Assembly (NCBI RefSeq): GCF_009914755.1
Contig: NC_060927.1
DNA length: 64,000 nucleotides
DNA from: the human T2T-CHM13v2.0 reference genome, Homo sapiens
Direction: 5' to 3' (one strand)
Part shown: piece after piece, positions 30,464 through 47,219 of the stretch
How the letters are laid out: each line of letters opens with the position of its first letter
How positions within the stretch are numbered: position 1 is the stretch's first letter
Translations under genes and position numbers: made by a program
Notes under the pieces: generated by a model
What the model was told of the DNA's origin: nothing
The model's database searches: none
Seen by the model: only the letters and a program-made list of their open reading frames with translations

Positions 30464-31530
30464 TGAAACATTTTAAATATATAAAAATTCATTAGTTCAT
30501 AATACCACTCTCTTAAACCCCATCCTCCCAAAAAAAGAATTTTTAAAAAACTTAATTCTCACAATTGGAAGTTTCAGGGCAATAAGTTATTATTTGTTCA
30601 TTGATTAATTAAGAGAAAGAAGTAAGCATTTAGCCTTCCTTTCTCTACTTGAACTGTATTTTAGGGTAATCAAATCATTGATGATGGAAAATTCTTCTTT
30701 ATGTAAGTATTCAGTTAATATACAGAATTTAGTAACAGACTATATAATAACCTATCTAGCTATATAAGTATGTCAAAACTAATTAAATTGTATGCTTTAA
30801 ATATGTGTATTGTACATCAATTATATACCACAATAAAACTGTCAAAAACTAAATATAACAACATGCACAAATAGCAAAAGTAATGACAGGACTAGAAAAA
30901 TCACCATTCCACTACACCTGATGAAGCAATGCTGTCAAAAAAGCACTCAAGAATGTAGGAATTAATGTATTTTTTTATTAATGTAATAAAATATATACAC
31001 CTCAGTCCTAAAGCTAGCAATTTACAGATGACATAATATTTGTAAAATCTTAGAAAAACAAAGTAAAACTAACAAAGCAATTAAAAAATTCTAAAGTTAG
31101 CAGGATGTAAAACTAACATAACAGAAATCAACAGCCTTTACAAATACTAACAGTAACCAATCAGAAAATAAAATAGAGGAGAAAGTCCTATTGACAATAA
31201 CAACAAAAAAAAGATGAATTCTAAGGAATAAATTTAACAAGACATGTGCAAAATCGGTATGAAGAAAATTTTGAAACACTCCTAAAATACCAAAAACTAG
31301 ACTTGAATGAATGGAAAGATGTTCTTGAATAGGATCACATTCAAAAGATGTCTGTTCTTCCCAAGTCGATTCACAATTAAATATATCAAGAAGATTTTTT
31401 GAAACTAGATAAGTTGATACTAAAGTTCATGTGAAAAAATAAATGTGCAAGAACAGCTTTAAAAAAAAAAACTGAAAAAGAACCATAAGGCCAGTCGTCA
31501 GGTGGGTAGAAAAAAGAAAAAGAAGAACTA

Positions 31531-31956
<426 letters not shown>

Positions 31957-32145
31957 TCAAAGTCCAGAATTAAACCTAAATATAAATGTAAATTTAAAAT
32001 ATGGTAGAAAAAAAATCATATGGCATCTAAAAAAATCACTGGGGCAAATATGACTATTTAATATATGGTGGGAAGACAACGTGATAGCCATTATGAGAAA
32101 GATAAAATTGAATCCACACTCTAAACTATACATAAGAATAAATTC

Positions 32146-32450
32146 TGCTGGGCTTGGTCGCTCACGCCTGTAATCCCAGCACTTTGGGAGGCCAAGGTGG
32201 GCTGATCGCTTTAGCTCAGGAGTTCCAGACCATCCTGGGAAACATAGTGAGACCCCCGCTCTCTACAAAAATACAAAAATTACTCAGGCATGATAGCACG
32301 CATGTGTACTCCCAGTTATTCAGGAGGCTGAAGTGGGAGGATTGCTTGAGCCTAGGAGACAGAAGTTGCAGTGAGCCGACATTGCTCCACTGCACTCCAG
32401 CCTGGACGACAGAGAGAGACCCCATCTCAAAAAAAAAAAAATAAGAAGAA
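32146..32450 (+). mobile_element. AluJ
   Basis: Full dimer with J-type right arm; TSD ATAAGAATAA. Confidence 0.9.
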
Positions 32451-32503
32451 GAATAAGAATAACCTCATAATAGATCAGAGATCTAAACTTAAAAGATGAT
32501 GCT

Positions 32504-32793
32504 GGCCAGGCATGGTGACTCACACCTGTAATCCCAGCACTTTGGGAGATAACGAGGTCAGGAGTTCAAGACCAGCCTGGCCAATATGTTGAAACCCCAT
32601 CTCTACTAAAAACACAAAAATTAGCCAGGCATGGGGGCGCGTGCCTGTAGTCCCAGCTACTCAGAAGGCTGAGGCTGGAGAATCACTTGAACCCAGGAGG
32701 CAGAGGTTGCAGTGAGCCGAGATTATGCCACTGCACTCTGGCCTGGGCGACAGAGCGAGACTCTGTCTCAAAAAAAAAAAAAAAAAAAAAAAA
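32504..32793 (+). mobile_element. AluS with short left-arm deletion
   Basis: 'ttgggagataacgaggtcagg' lacks ~15 nt of consensus; long A tail. Confidence 0.9.
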
Positions 32794-34009
32794 GAAGCAG
32801 CAGCTAAACCATATAAATACAAGGAGAAAGCAATGGTGAATTATTAACCTGAGGAAAGACTTTCTAACTGTGACTCCAAATCCAGACTCAGTAAAAGAAA
32901 ATACTTATTGATAAATTTGACTATGTAAAAATAAAAAATTGGCACATCACAAAAAAGAGCACCAAAGGCAAAGTCAAACTGAGAGAAAAATATTTGCAAC
33001 ATCTGTCATAGGTGATGGGCAGTACCCCAAAACTCAATATAAAAATGGGCAAAAGACACCAACACACCATTACATGAGGTTAAGAAAAAGGCTGTGAAGG
33101 TGAGCAGGCTCTTGTCCTGATAGGTTATAAGCAAAGTTAGCACCATTTCTCTTCTAATAAAAAGAGAAATAATCAGGCTGCAAGGGCTTTTATGTCAGAT
33201 TTTTTTAAGACACCTCTGAGGGATACTTAATTGAAAATAACCAACTGAGTTAGGAAGCTGCTACATAGCCTGACAACAGGGTTAGTTTTATCAGTGATTA
33301 ATAACAATTGAAGTCTCAGGATAACACCAAATCTTATTTGTGAGTTTGCGTTTCTTTCTATCTGGCCTTAAAAGTGACTAAGTAAGAATGTATGCTTAAC
33401 TTTGAAAAAACAACTCTTTCTATTTCTAACACTTGACCAGACAGCATAATGATCTCTTTAAGCAACAATTCCTTGTTAAGTGGCTGGAGTTAAGATTCCC
33501 TCCAACCACTAGATCCTGTGAAACTATGATAATTCTGTGATAGCCCAGTGGAGAAAGCATAACAGAGGTGCCATTGGCCACTTGGTGGCAATACATCCTA
33601 ATTGCGTGTAAAGTTCTGAAACGGTAATAAACAGCATGCTAACAGACTTGGAAGCTAATTTATGCAGACATTTCAAGCAGTTTACAGGTGCCTTAGTTGG
33701 AAAGGTCAGCTAAATGCTTAATATCCTTTAAAGGTGCATTAGAAGCAAAGCAAAACATACCTTGTGTTTGCCAAAAGTATTTGTGGGTACTCTCTAGGAA
33801 ATTCTATTAGGAAATATCTTTGGAGCTAGAAAAGATTCAGAGGGAAAGTAAAACTGCTGACATAGTAGCAATAACCAAAAAATACATAGACTGTAAAGAG
33901 ATTTCATTAATAATATTAAGAACCTACCACTGTGTGTAGTCATCTGAGCTTGAACAAATCAGTTAAACTTTCAGGGCTTCGATTTCTTTGCCTGAACTGT
34001 GAGCTAGCT

Positions 34010-34517
<508 letters not shown>

Positions 34518-36869
34518 AGATGTTCTCTAAACTCCAGCTTTGTGTCTCTGTTGATTAAACTGGTATTGATTCCTTATTTAGCTAACACTAGGTTTATACT
34601 TCTTTTACACTATCTTGCACATTTTTCTACAGCCTAAAGCAGTTTCTCAAACTTTATTTACTTACATCCCCATTAAACAAGAATTTGAAAGATGTCACAT
34701 CTTTTATACAGCTCATATTATTTGAAAAGTAATCTTTGTTCTTCCAAATATGTATGTGGGTTTCCAAATTTTACATGTCCTTCTCCCTGCCTTCCTCCAC
34801 CACAGATTCCCACAGTTATCCTCATGTGTCTAAGAATCACTGCCTTACTGTTGTTTAGACGTGAAAATTCCCAACTGGGAAGCCCCCAGAAAACCTCACT
34901 TCTCTTTTCTACTGTTAAAAAAAAGAAAAAAATAGTTTTCCACTAACTCTGCTGTAAATGAGAATGGCTAACTTAGACTTACTTCATGGAACAGCGAGTT
35001 CCAGGTAAGAGCTCTACTTGACCTTCTGTTAGTCCTTTCTTCCACACGGTCAGAATCTGAAGTATGAGCCAAAACAGGAATCCATGCATTCATTCTTCTC
35101 CCCTGTTCACCCGTGAGAACACTCATCTTTCCACCAAGATCTGATCAGCTTGATGGCCACATAACTGGTTCTAATAGCTACAAGAATACAATGTTGGAAA
35201 TGTATACTTATGGTCAGACTGTGCAAAAATGCCTGTAAATGGTAGAGAAGAGAAAGAAGATAGCTGCTTTTAGACCCATACCTGGTGACAGGCCGCCTTA
35301 AAGCAACTCCTAGAAGGAGACAGTGATTATAAAATGCCCCATCTCCATAAATAAGTCTTTCAAGGTTAAGGAGCTTCACTGCTAAAGAGGAGAAGCCCTG
35401 GGGGGATGCACATTGAGTGCCCTCAGTAAGCCGGTAGCCATGCTGCCTTTGGTCACAGCATCTCTCCTATGTGAAGTCAGTGGGGACTATTAACACCTTT
35501 GGGACAGCTGAGGAATCATCTTCCTGGACACAGCTGGAAGCAACTTCACCTTTGGAGTTTTACTACCACCCTCCTTTGCTCCAGGCCTCAGAGTTCTCTG
35601 TGCATTTATTTCCTTCCACTTAGCTGGGACAATATTCTCAAGTCTTACTTCCATTACATGCAGACATCTTCTCTACACTCTCTCCATTCTAGAATTTCAT
35701 GTCTTAAAAACAGAAAACAGAAAGACTTGCAGACTTCTGCTTTCTAACATGCAACATCTCCTTCCTGTGACAATGAGGACAGACTGACCACTAGCTTTAA
35801 TGGGGGAAAGGCCAGGGAGAAGTTTAAGAAGAATAAAAGTGCAGGTAAATGCCTGAAATATTATCCAGCCACATGTTTATTTTTCAGTATTTATATAGGT
35901 TCTTAGATGAGTTGCTTGCACAATTTCATATTTATAATCATCACCCCATCTACTGAAATTAATTGGCAAATACACTTTCTACTTCTAACCCCATTTTCCT
36001 CAACTGAGTACTTCTCTCTACTGTGGCCCTATGTTTCCATATTAGAGTAAGATCACTTGAAAAATTTTATGCAACTGTTAAATGTCACATTGAGGAAGAC
36101 TATGTGATAATATTCACTATAAAAATGATAAAGGTGTATGCAATAATAAAGGAACTGTGCAATCACAATTTTATAATGTATATACTTAAATATAGCCTTT
36201 AAAAAAAGGTTGCAAAATTCCTCACCAGAATTTTAAAAGGTATCCCTCAGTGGCGAAATTACAAGTGGGATTATTGGTAATAATGATTTTCTTTTCATAT
36301 GTTTGGATATTTCTGAAACTGTCTTTACAGAATTATAACTGAGAAAATTATGACAGTAAAAGAAATCAGACCTAACCGACTCTACCTCGCTTCTAACCTT
36401 TAAGTTGTCCTTGTTCATTCTTAAGCATAGGCCAAATTAACGGAAGGAATTCAGTTCATGGCTTTACTCTGAAACAAAATTGATAATAGCCCTTTCTGAA
36501 AAGACCCTCTCCTGGTCTGGGGACCGGTCTGTCTTTGTAGGACTAACAAAGTAACTACAAGATTAGAAATTACAGTTTAGGAGTCATGTAGTCTCTGGCA
36601 CTAAGAGTCTGAACCTCCCCAAATTGTTCCTAGGGATAATATCATTATTGTAAAACCTAAGATCAGTACTTGAGATATTTCGGAGACCCTGCACTCGACT
36701 AACCAGACCGGCAATCTGGCTCAACCGGTGCTGCCCTCCCACCCAGAAACAGAAAACAGCAAGAAAAATTCACTTCGAACCCCTGTGATTCCATCTCCAA
36801 CCTGACCAATCAGCACTCCCCACTTCCCAAGCCTCTACCCACCAAATTATCCTTAAAAACTCTGATCTT

Positions 36870-37193
<324 letters not shown>

Positions 37194-37211
37194 TTACCTG
37201 GGGAAACTTTA

Positions 37212-37491
<280 letters not shown>

Positions 37492-38559
37492 AAAACCTCT
37501 GATCCCCAAATGCTCAGGGAGACTGGTTTGAGTAATAATAAAATCGTGGTCTCCTACACAGCCGACTCTATGTGAATTACTCTTTCTCCATTACAATTTC
37601 CCTGTCTTGATAGGGCTCTGTCTAGACAGCGAGCATGGTGAACACATTGGGCAGCTACATTTCTACAATGCACATGTGTTATTTTTATAATTAGAGAAAT
37701 ATTTTTAAAACTAAAAGCATTTATTGAAGTATGATTTGTACACTATGTATATGCTGTACTTCAAAAAATGGTTTTAAAAAAACAAGAGCAGGGATCTTCA
37801 ATGACGAGAATAATAAAGAAAAGAAAGCTTCCCTGAAATTATCTCAGTCTCTGGTTGGGCTTTCTTGCTCACCAAGGAAATTGTTTATACTAATTAAATT
37901 TCCTGTCTGTCCCATGGAAAATGTACTTATTGTTTTAATTCTCAGATATTAATGTGCTTAATAAAAATATTTTTCAAATCATACATATACTAATTACTGA
38001 TCCAAAGAGAAGACTGTACTATGATTGTACTACCACCCCACAAATGACTACAGAACCAGGAAGTAACCTTGATATGTTATATAGTTGATGAATGTCCTGG
38101 CTCACAGGTTCAGTCATGAAGAACCTGTTGTGTAAACATCTGGTCTAACTACTTGTCCTAGACTTCGTAACTGCTGACCCCACCCTCTCTCTTCAGGCTC
38201 TGCTCTGTCTCATTTATTTCAGGAGAAATCTGACAGCCTCACCTTCTCACATAGGCTTGTAGGTCAGATAAGGTAGAGGAATGGTATCAGAAGCAGGAAC
38301 AGCACTGGTCTTAGGCATAACTAGTGAAAAATTTTGAATGTGATGAAGAAGAGCTCCCCTGTCATTGCCAAATCTGGGCACACAAATACGGTCACACTGT
38401 GAGGTACTGTGGGTTAGAACTTCAACATATGAATTTAGGTGGGGACACAGTTCAAACCATAACAGGCATGAAGGATCAATAGAAATCAGGCTGGCAAACG
38501 GAAGCAAAAGGAAGTGTTTCCAACCTAAGCAAAGAAGCAAGAGGAATAGGGCACCTTAG

Positions 38560-38960
38560 GAGAACTTGATAGGAGCCAGGTCAGAGAGGGCTGTGCTAAA
38601 GACTGAGAAGTACACTCTAAGGATAACGGAAAACTATTGAAGGACTTTCATTAAGGAAATAATACAATTGGCTTTGCTTTCTAGAAGAAATATTTGGATA
38701 TTGTGTGTAGAAAGAGGAGCATGGTTGCAGGAGGAGGCCAGGGGAAGCTATTGCTGTTCTTCAGCGGTGAGATAACCATGGCCTGAGCCAGGGTAGTGCA
38801 GGCCAGATGGACAGAAGTGAGGGGAGTCGATGTAACTGACAAGCACTGGGAATTCCTGGATGAGAGAGCTGAGCATGAAAGAAGACTGGAGGATAACACC
38901 CATCTTTCTGACTTGGGAAATGAGAAGACCAAGGCATGGACTGTGAAAGGATGACAATAT
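38560..38960 (+). mobile_element. L2 LINE fragment
   Basis: 'ctattgaaggacttt...ggaagctattgctgttcttcagcggtgagataaccatggcctgagccagggtagtg...ggaggataacacccatctttctgacttggg' resembles the L2 3' region. Confidence 0.65.
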
Positions 38961-39602
38961 ACAGGAGAAGGTAAAGGAGTCAGTCAGAAGTAGACCCTGT
39001 AACCAAGAGACCACCCAATATTATCCACCCAACATCTCTACTAAGTGCCACATTTTACATTATGAAAGGAAAGAAGAAAAACTACTTAGGTATCCAACCT
39101 GGCTTGGTTATAGTGATGAGACTTTTATCTCTTCTATTTCAAATATTGAAAAATTAACCCAAAAATCGAAATGCATCCTTCTATCCGGTTTTACTTTCTT
39201 CATCTCCCTTTATATTTCTAGACCCTTCACAATGCAGCTGAGGACAAAAAACGTAAGGATGGTTGCTATAGTTTATAAGATGTCTGGAAACAAAAATATG
39301 TTTCCATTTAGGAACACTAACTACACATATACCAGACACGGAGTTAAATTTTCTACATACATTTTCCATTTAATTCTCACAACCCTGTGAGGTAGTTATT
39401 ATTATCTTCATTTTACAGACAAGGAAACAGATGCTCAGAAAGGTGAAGTCACCTGCCCAGGTTTACACAGCTATGCAGATTATTGAATTCAGCTGTCCCT
39501 CACTCCAAAGGGACATGCTCAGCTCTCTCATCCAGGAATTCCCAGTGCTTGTCAGTTACACCGACTCCCCTCACTTCTGTCCATCTGGCCTGCACTACCC
39601 TG
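38789..39602. repeat. 89-bp inverted repeat (arms 38789-38877 and 39514-39602; 636-bp spacer)
   Basis: 88/89 identity by manual reverse complement; same peptide MLSSLIQEFPVLVSY(I/T)DSPHFCPSGLHYP appears in opposite-strand ORFs. Confidence 0.95.
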
Positions 39603-39630
39603 TTAACTGCTGTGGTACTCTACCTCCAGA
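39345..39630 (-). mobile_element. MIR SINE carrying an 82-bp templated insertion
   Basis: 'catttaattctcacaaccctgtgaggtag...cattttacagacaaggaaacagatgctcagaaaggtgaagtcacctgcccagg...ctccaaagggacatgctc|insert|ttaactgctgtggtactctacctcc'. Confidence 0.8.
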
Positions 39631-40043
39631 AAGCCCTCTTTTGAAAATTGGGATGAAGTTAAAGCCATTCCACAAAAGCCTTCTTTTTTTCATACCTTTT
39701 TTTACTGAAAAATAATAAAATATTCTTAGTAAAACATCCCACGAACTTGAGCTCCATTTTAGAATACGGTATGAATAATGCTCCTGGAACTGTGCAACCC
39801 AGCAGGTCCATAACTGTGCTGGCTGGGATCAAACTACCAGGCCTCAGGCTTAATTCAGGCCATGTATAGAGACTGCCAACCAACTCACTTATACGAACAG
39901 ACTTGTTAAGTTACTGATCAAACTGTCCAAGCATCTGGGCCATCCCTTGGCCAGCAATGCAGAGAAACTGGAGCCCTGTGATCATCAGGGAATATAACCT
40001 TGAACTCCTGGCTGTTCTGTTGTATTTTCTTTACTTTGGATTC

Positions 40044-40349
<306 letters not shown>

Positions 40350-41804
40350 TAAAACTTGACAAAGACATGTTTATCCAATGCCCTTCAAGGACTCCAGAAG
40401 TCCATGTTGGCTGGTTGCCCTCTTCTCCCAATGAGAAAGTGGTGAGATCTATGAATTTGTTCACATATTTGCTGGGCAGCTGCTGTGTTTCATAATCTGG
40501 GAGATGTGATGGCTAACAATCAAGACAACAGTTTCTGCCATGGAAGAGATTATAATCAGATCAGCAAGAAGATAAACAGAAAATATATGTGTAATAACTG
40601 AGATAACAGGAATATGTAGTACAAACCAAGAACTAGAGGAAACCACAGAAGGCTTTGGGTAGTGTGGTTTTTGAAAGCAGTATTGCATGTAGATTAATGG
40701 AGAACAGAAGGAATGACATCCTTTTCAAGGGGCATTGTATGAACAAGGAGACAGGAGCAAGAATGAGAATGAGAAAGAGGTGCAAGAGGATCTAAGAGGA
40801 CCCAGCTAGAGAGAAACTCTGAGAGAGAATCTGGTTCAGGAAGACCTGTGAGTACTTGGAGGCTATTCTTAAAATTGTAAATGAATTTGATAGACGACAG
40901 GAAGTACCCAAGTTAGGAAGCAATATTTTTTCAGTGTATGAGAAAGAGCTTGGTTTTCAGGAGAAACTAGAAGGGTAGGATCCAACCAGGGAGTGTCAAC
41001 AATAAGCCAATAAGAGGGTGATGAAAGCTTTAAGGGAGTGATAGCTATGAAAACAGCAAGGAAGGGTGAATTTGAAAGATGTTGCAAAGTCATCACCGCC
41101 AGTATGTTTGCATAATTCCTGGCAATATTCCCCCTCAGTTTCTATGCTATGAGCTTTTAAGTTGTAAATTGCCAACATCTTAGAAGTATTATGCCAAGAC
41201 CTCATTTGTTTAGTTTAATGTAAGGTTTGGGTTGCTAATACGCTATTTCAGTCTTTAAAACTTCCTCTGTAAGAATCCAGTGTTTCTAAATATCAATGGA
41301 TACAAATAAATAGAAGTTTTAAAGTTTAACTCTCCCTTCCCTTCTCTCCCAGGTGGCTGTGTCAGTGCAGGGGAAAAGGAACACTAGAAGGATCCAGGTG
41401 GAAATGACATAGAAGATAATGACACTCCCATGAAGTGGTGAAGCTATAGCCACCACCTGTCCCTGTTGATTAAAGAGCTCCACCTGCCTAGGCACAGCAT
41501 CCTCAGCTAGGATTGGGGGTAGGCCACTGGGTTAGGACAAAACTTTGCAGGACTGACATGTTATAGGCCCCCATGTAGTATATACTAGATGTGCTGCAAC
41601 AGGAACCCAGAATCCACCTGCACCCACCTCAATATGGATAGCACGTGTTGCCAACATCTGCTTTGGCTCTTTCTTCAGCTGTTTTCACGTGTTTTCTCTT
41701 TGTAAAAATGTTTTCCACCTAGCAGTGGACTACTCTTCCAGATTTCCACCTTTTCACCTCCCTCCTGCCTCTATAAACTTAGGACACCAACATTGTAAGT
41801 TACT

Positions 41805-41990
41805 AGGCTTCTAAATGTAATGCATATGAGAATCACCTGGGAGCTCTTTTTGAAATGCAGACTCTAGAGCCCACCCTCAAGAGATTGTAATTTAATGAAT
41901 CTAGGAATGGGACTCAGGAATCTGCACTGAACAGGCATCCCAGCTGACTCTGGTGTGGGTGGTTCCCAGCCCAACTTACCAGAGCACTGC
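41805..41990. mobile_element. MER5-like hAT MITE
   Basis: 'gaatcacctgggagctctttttgaaatgcagactc...caggaatctgcac...gagcactg'. Confidence 0.7.
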
Positions 41991-42618
41991 TAAGTTGAAC
42001 CTAGCAGCATAATTAATCCATGCTAAAACCAAACTCATAAATTAACATTTATCAAGAAGCCTTTGAGAGCTTGGTTCTATGATTATGTATGAGTCTTAGG
42101 GCTCATTTTTCCTAGGGCATAAACTGATACTAAGTCACACTGGGAGAGCCTATGATCCGTGTATATTTCTGGCAGGGCAGAATTTTCTCTATATTGACAG
42201 GCACAGCAACATTGATTGTATAACATTACTCCACCCTGGAATTTACTATTAGTCATAAAAACTGAGGCAACTCCAGTATTGCTGGTTCATTTGATGAGTA
42301 TTCAGTGTGGGTAGGCCTCTACAACAACTTCTTTCTCCCCTAAAGGGCAAAAACGCAACTCAACTCACAATCCAGGCTACTGAGCAGAGGTTTGAATGAC
42401 CCCTGAGCCCATACAAGCTTCTCTACATTGTTCTGAGAGCACCCAAAAGCCACTGGGATTGTTGAGACCACTGGTTTCTTTGTCCTGAAGAGAAGAGAGA
42501 GGGAAATGATTGCTGCTACACTCACTTTGAAGTGAGAAAAGTTGCGGGTGGCTGAAAATTTTACTCTGAAAAGATGCTGGGTAGCTCTTTGTTCCTACAG
42601 CCCTGCAAACTATGCTCC

Positions 42619-43456
42619 TGATACAGAGTGGGGCAAGTGGGGCGGGAAAGTGCTGGGAAGGGAAAGGCGTAGTCCCTCGCTGGGGATCCAGCCCCAGACC
42701 TGTGCCCACAGACCTTGGTGAGGATGGGCATTTCTGTTCTCATGCCCAAATATTGCATTTCCCACGACCACCCTGGGCTGCCATACCCCTATCTTGTGCC
42801 TATAAAAACTCCAAGATCCTAGCGGGCACACACACAAGCAGCTGGACATCAAGAGGAACACACCAATGGTTGAGGACACAAGCGGCTGGAAATTGAGAGG
42901 AACACACCCGCGTAAGAGCACACCCACAGGCACTGACAGATTTCGGCAGGCCATCGACTGGTGGAACAATGCAGAGTTTGGCTGGGGTGGTCGGAGAAGA
43001 GCCCAGCTGCCCGGAAGCCCGATTGCAGGGGAAAACCACCTTCCCACTCCAGCCCCCTTCTGGCCTTCCCATCTACCTCGCTGAGAGCTACCACTCAATA
43101 AAAATCCTTACACTCATTCTCCAAGCCCACATGTGATCTGGTTCTTCTGGTACACCAAGGCAAAAACCCCGGGATACAGAACGCCCTCTGTCCTTATAAG
43201 GCAGAGGGTCTAATAGAGCTGATTGACACAAGCCACCTACAGACAGCAAAGCTAAAAGAGCACTCTGTAACACACACCCACTGGGGCTTCAGGAGCTGTA
43301 AGCATTCAGCCCTAGATGCTGCTGTGGGGTCGGAGCCCCACAACCTACCCTTCTGCATGCTCCCCCTAGAGGTTTGAGCAGCTGGGCACTGAAGAAGTGA
43401 GCCACTCCCCCTGTCACACGCCCTGTGAGGGGGACAAGGGAACTCTTCCCGTTTCA
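42619..43456 (+). mobile_element. LTR1-family ERV1 solo LTR
   Basis: TGATAC...TTTCA termini, 4-bp TSD CTCC (42615-42618, 43457-43460), TATAAAA at 42801, AATAAA at 43097. Confidence 0.85.
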
Positions 43457-44039
43457 CTCCCACCGCTCACCCTCTATGTCCTGGCACCCAGAGGGGAGCC
43501 CTAGGGCAGGCACACCCCCAGCCTTGTTGGCTTTAGTTATGTTCATCCCATCTTCCATCTTCATTCTCAGTGCATCTGCGTAAGCCTCATTGAAGTTAGC
43601 CAAGTCCAGGACCGTAGAAGCACATATGGGTTAAATAATCCCCTCACATTCCAATCCCAGCCTTCCTTTCGCCTAAAGCATCTCCATCCCTAATTCACTG
43701 CAAAGTACTAACCTCTAACTCACGGAGGCTCAGAACTCACCTTTTGGGGATCTCCTTATGGCCTCACTCCCTGGCTGTTACTGACAACCAGCCCCAGTGG
43801 AAAGCCAGAGCACTCTGTGGCCAGAATGAGTTTTTTAAATTTGCCTTGTCTTGGCTACAATTTTTGTCACTTTTTACAATAAAAAAGTTTTTCCTGTACT
43901 TTTAGGAATTTTCTATAGCCAGAGAAGTCAAGGATGGCCAAGAAACTCCAAGTGACTAGAATACCATGACCCCAATAATTAGTATGTGGTTAGCTAAGAG
44001 ATGTAAATTCATATGTACATTATACTTTTTGAGAAATAA

Positions 44040-44388
<349 letters not shown>

Positions 44389-45122
44389 TGAACTGTATAT
44401 TTAAAAAGAGTTTATAATCTAGAGAAAATGTAAGTAAATATAAATAGTTATGTTTAGATACATTTTTGTTAAGTTCTCAACACTTCTCTAGAATTATTTA
44501 CTCCAACATTATTTTTCCCATATTATAAAACTTCCTCCTGCCTTGTGCAGCAACTTCTGAACTGCCACCCTTGCCAACTTCAGGCTGTTGAAATGGATAC
44601 AGGCAGGTTCCTAGAGAAGTATGGGAGTAGAATAGACTCTTGTGGTTTAACAAATCAGAACAAGTTTTTAAATCAAAGAAACACCAGTTTTACAGGTAAA
44701 CTGAGAGGTGATCATCTAATTGATGTGATGCATAGATGCTATAAACCACCTTACTTCCCAAAATGTATTTGTTCACCTCATCCATAAAATTTCACCATTC
44801 TATTTCTTCATCTTAAAGCACTTACTCCGTCAAAATGTAGATACCCATAAGATTTTTTTATGTGTACCGTTTTGCAAAAGATTTGCAGTCTTTTCTAAGA
44901 GTTCATTCTATTTTTTTTTCATATCCTTTAGACTCAGTAAGAGTCCATTTAAATAGATGACATAGGAAAAGTAGAAGAGGACAGATACATCTATGGGGAT
45001 TGGGGAAAGGATGGAAATCTGAGAGCCTGATGGTTTTGGCTTCAGCAATCCATAAATTCATTAAGCTTGGAACTGCTTTACCAACAGAAGAATTATATAC
45101 ACAGATTCATCCATTAGCTAAG

Positions 45123-46716
<1,594 letters not shown>

Positions 46717-46718
<2 letters not shown>

Positions 46719-47006
46719 ATAGTCGCCAACTTACAGTGGTTCAACTTGAGCTTTTTCAACTTTAAGATGGGTTTATCAGAGTATTAAATGCATTTTTGAC
46801 TTATATTTTTGATTTATGGGATGGGTTTATCAGGACATAACCTCATTTTAAGTTCAGGAACATGTGGACTTACAGTGGTTTAACTTACAATTTTTTGACT
46901 TTACAATGGGCTTATTGAGGGCATTAAATGCATATTTGATTTATGATATTTTTGACTTATGATGGGTTTATCAGGACATAACCCATCATAAGTCAAGGTG
47001 CATCTG
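46717..47006. mobile_element. MER47/Tigger5-like TcMar MITE made of two ~140-bp related blocks
   Basis: Terminal 'gatgggtttatcaggacataaacccatcataagtcaaggtgcatctg' followed by TA; block repeated at ~46730 and ~46868. Confidence 0.65.
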
Positions 47007-47219
47007 TACAAAATAGGAATATTGTTCTTAAGGGCAAGGAAAGACAAATGTAACAACCATATAACATATGCTTCCACATGCCTTTCTGTGAATCTAGACT
47101 TCCTTGGAATGATACCTGAAATGTACTGCCTGTTTCCCCTTTCTCTTGGCTTATCAGGCTTTGGAGGGGAAAGGCACTTGATAATACTAAGTGCATATGC
47201 CTTTGTTGAAAATAAATTT

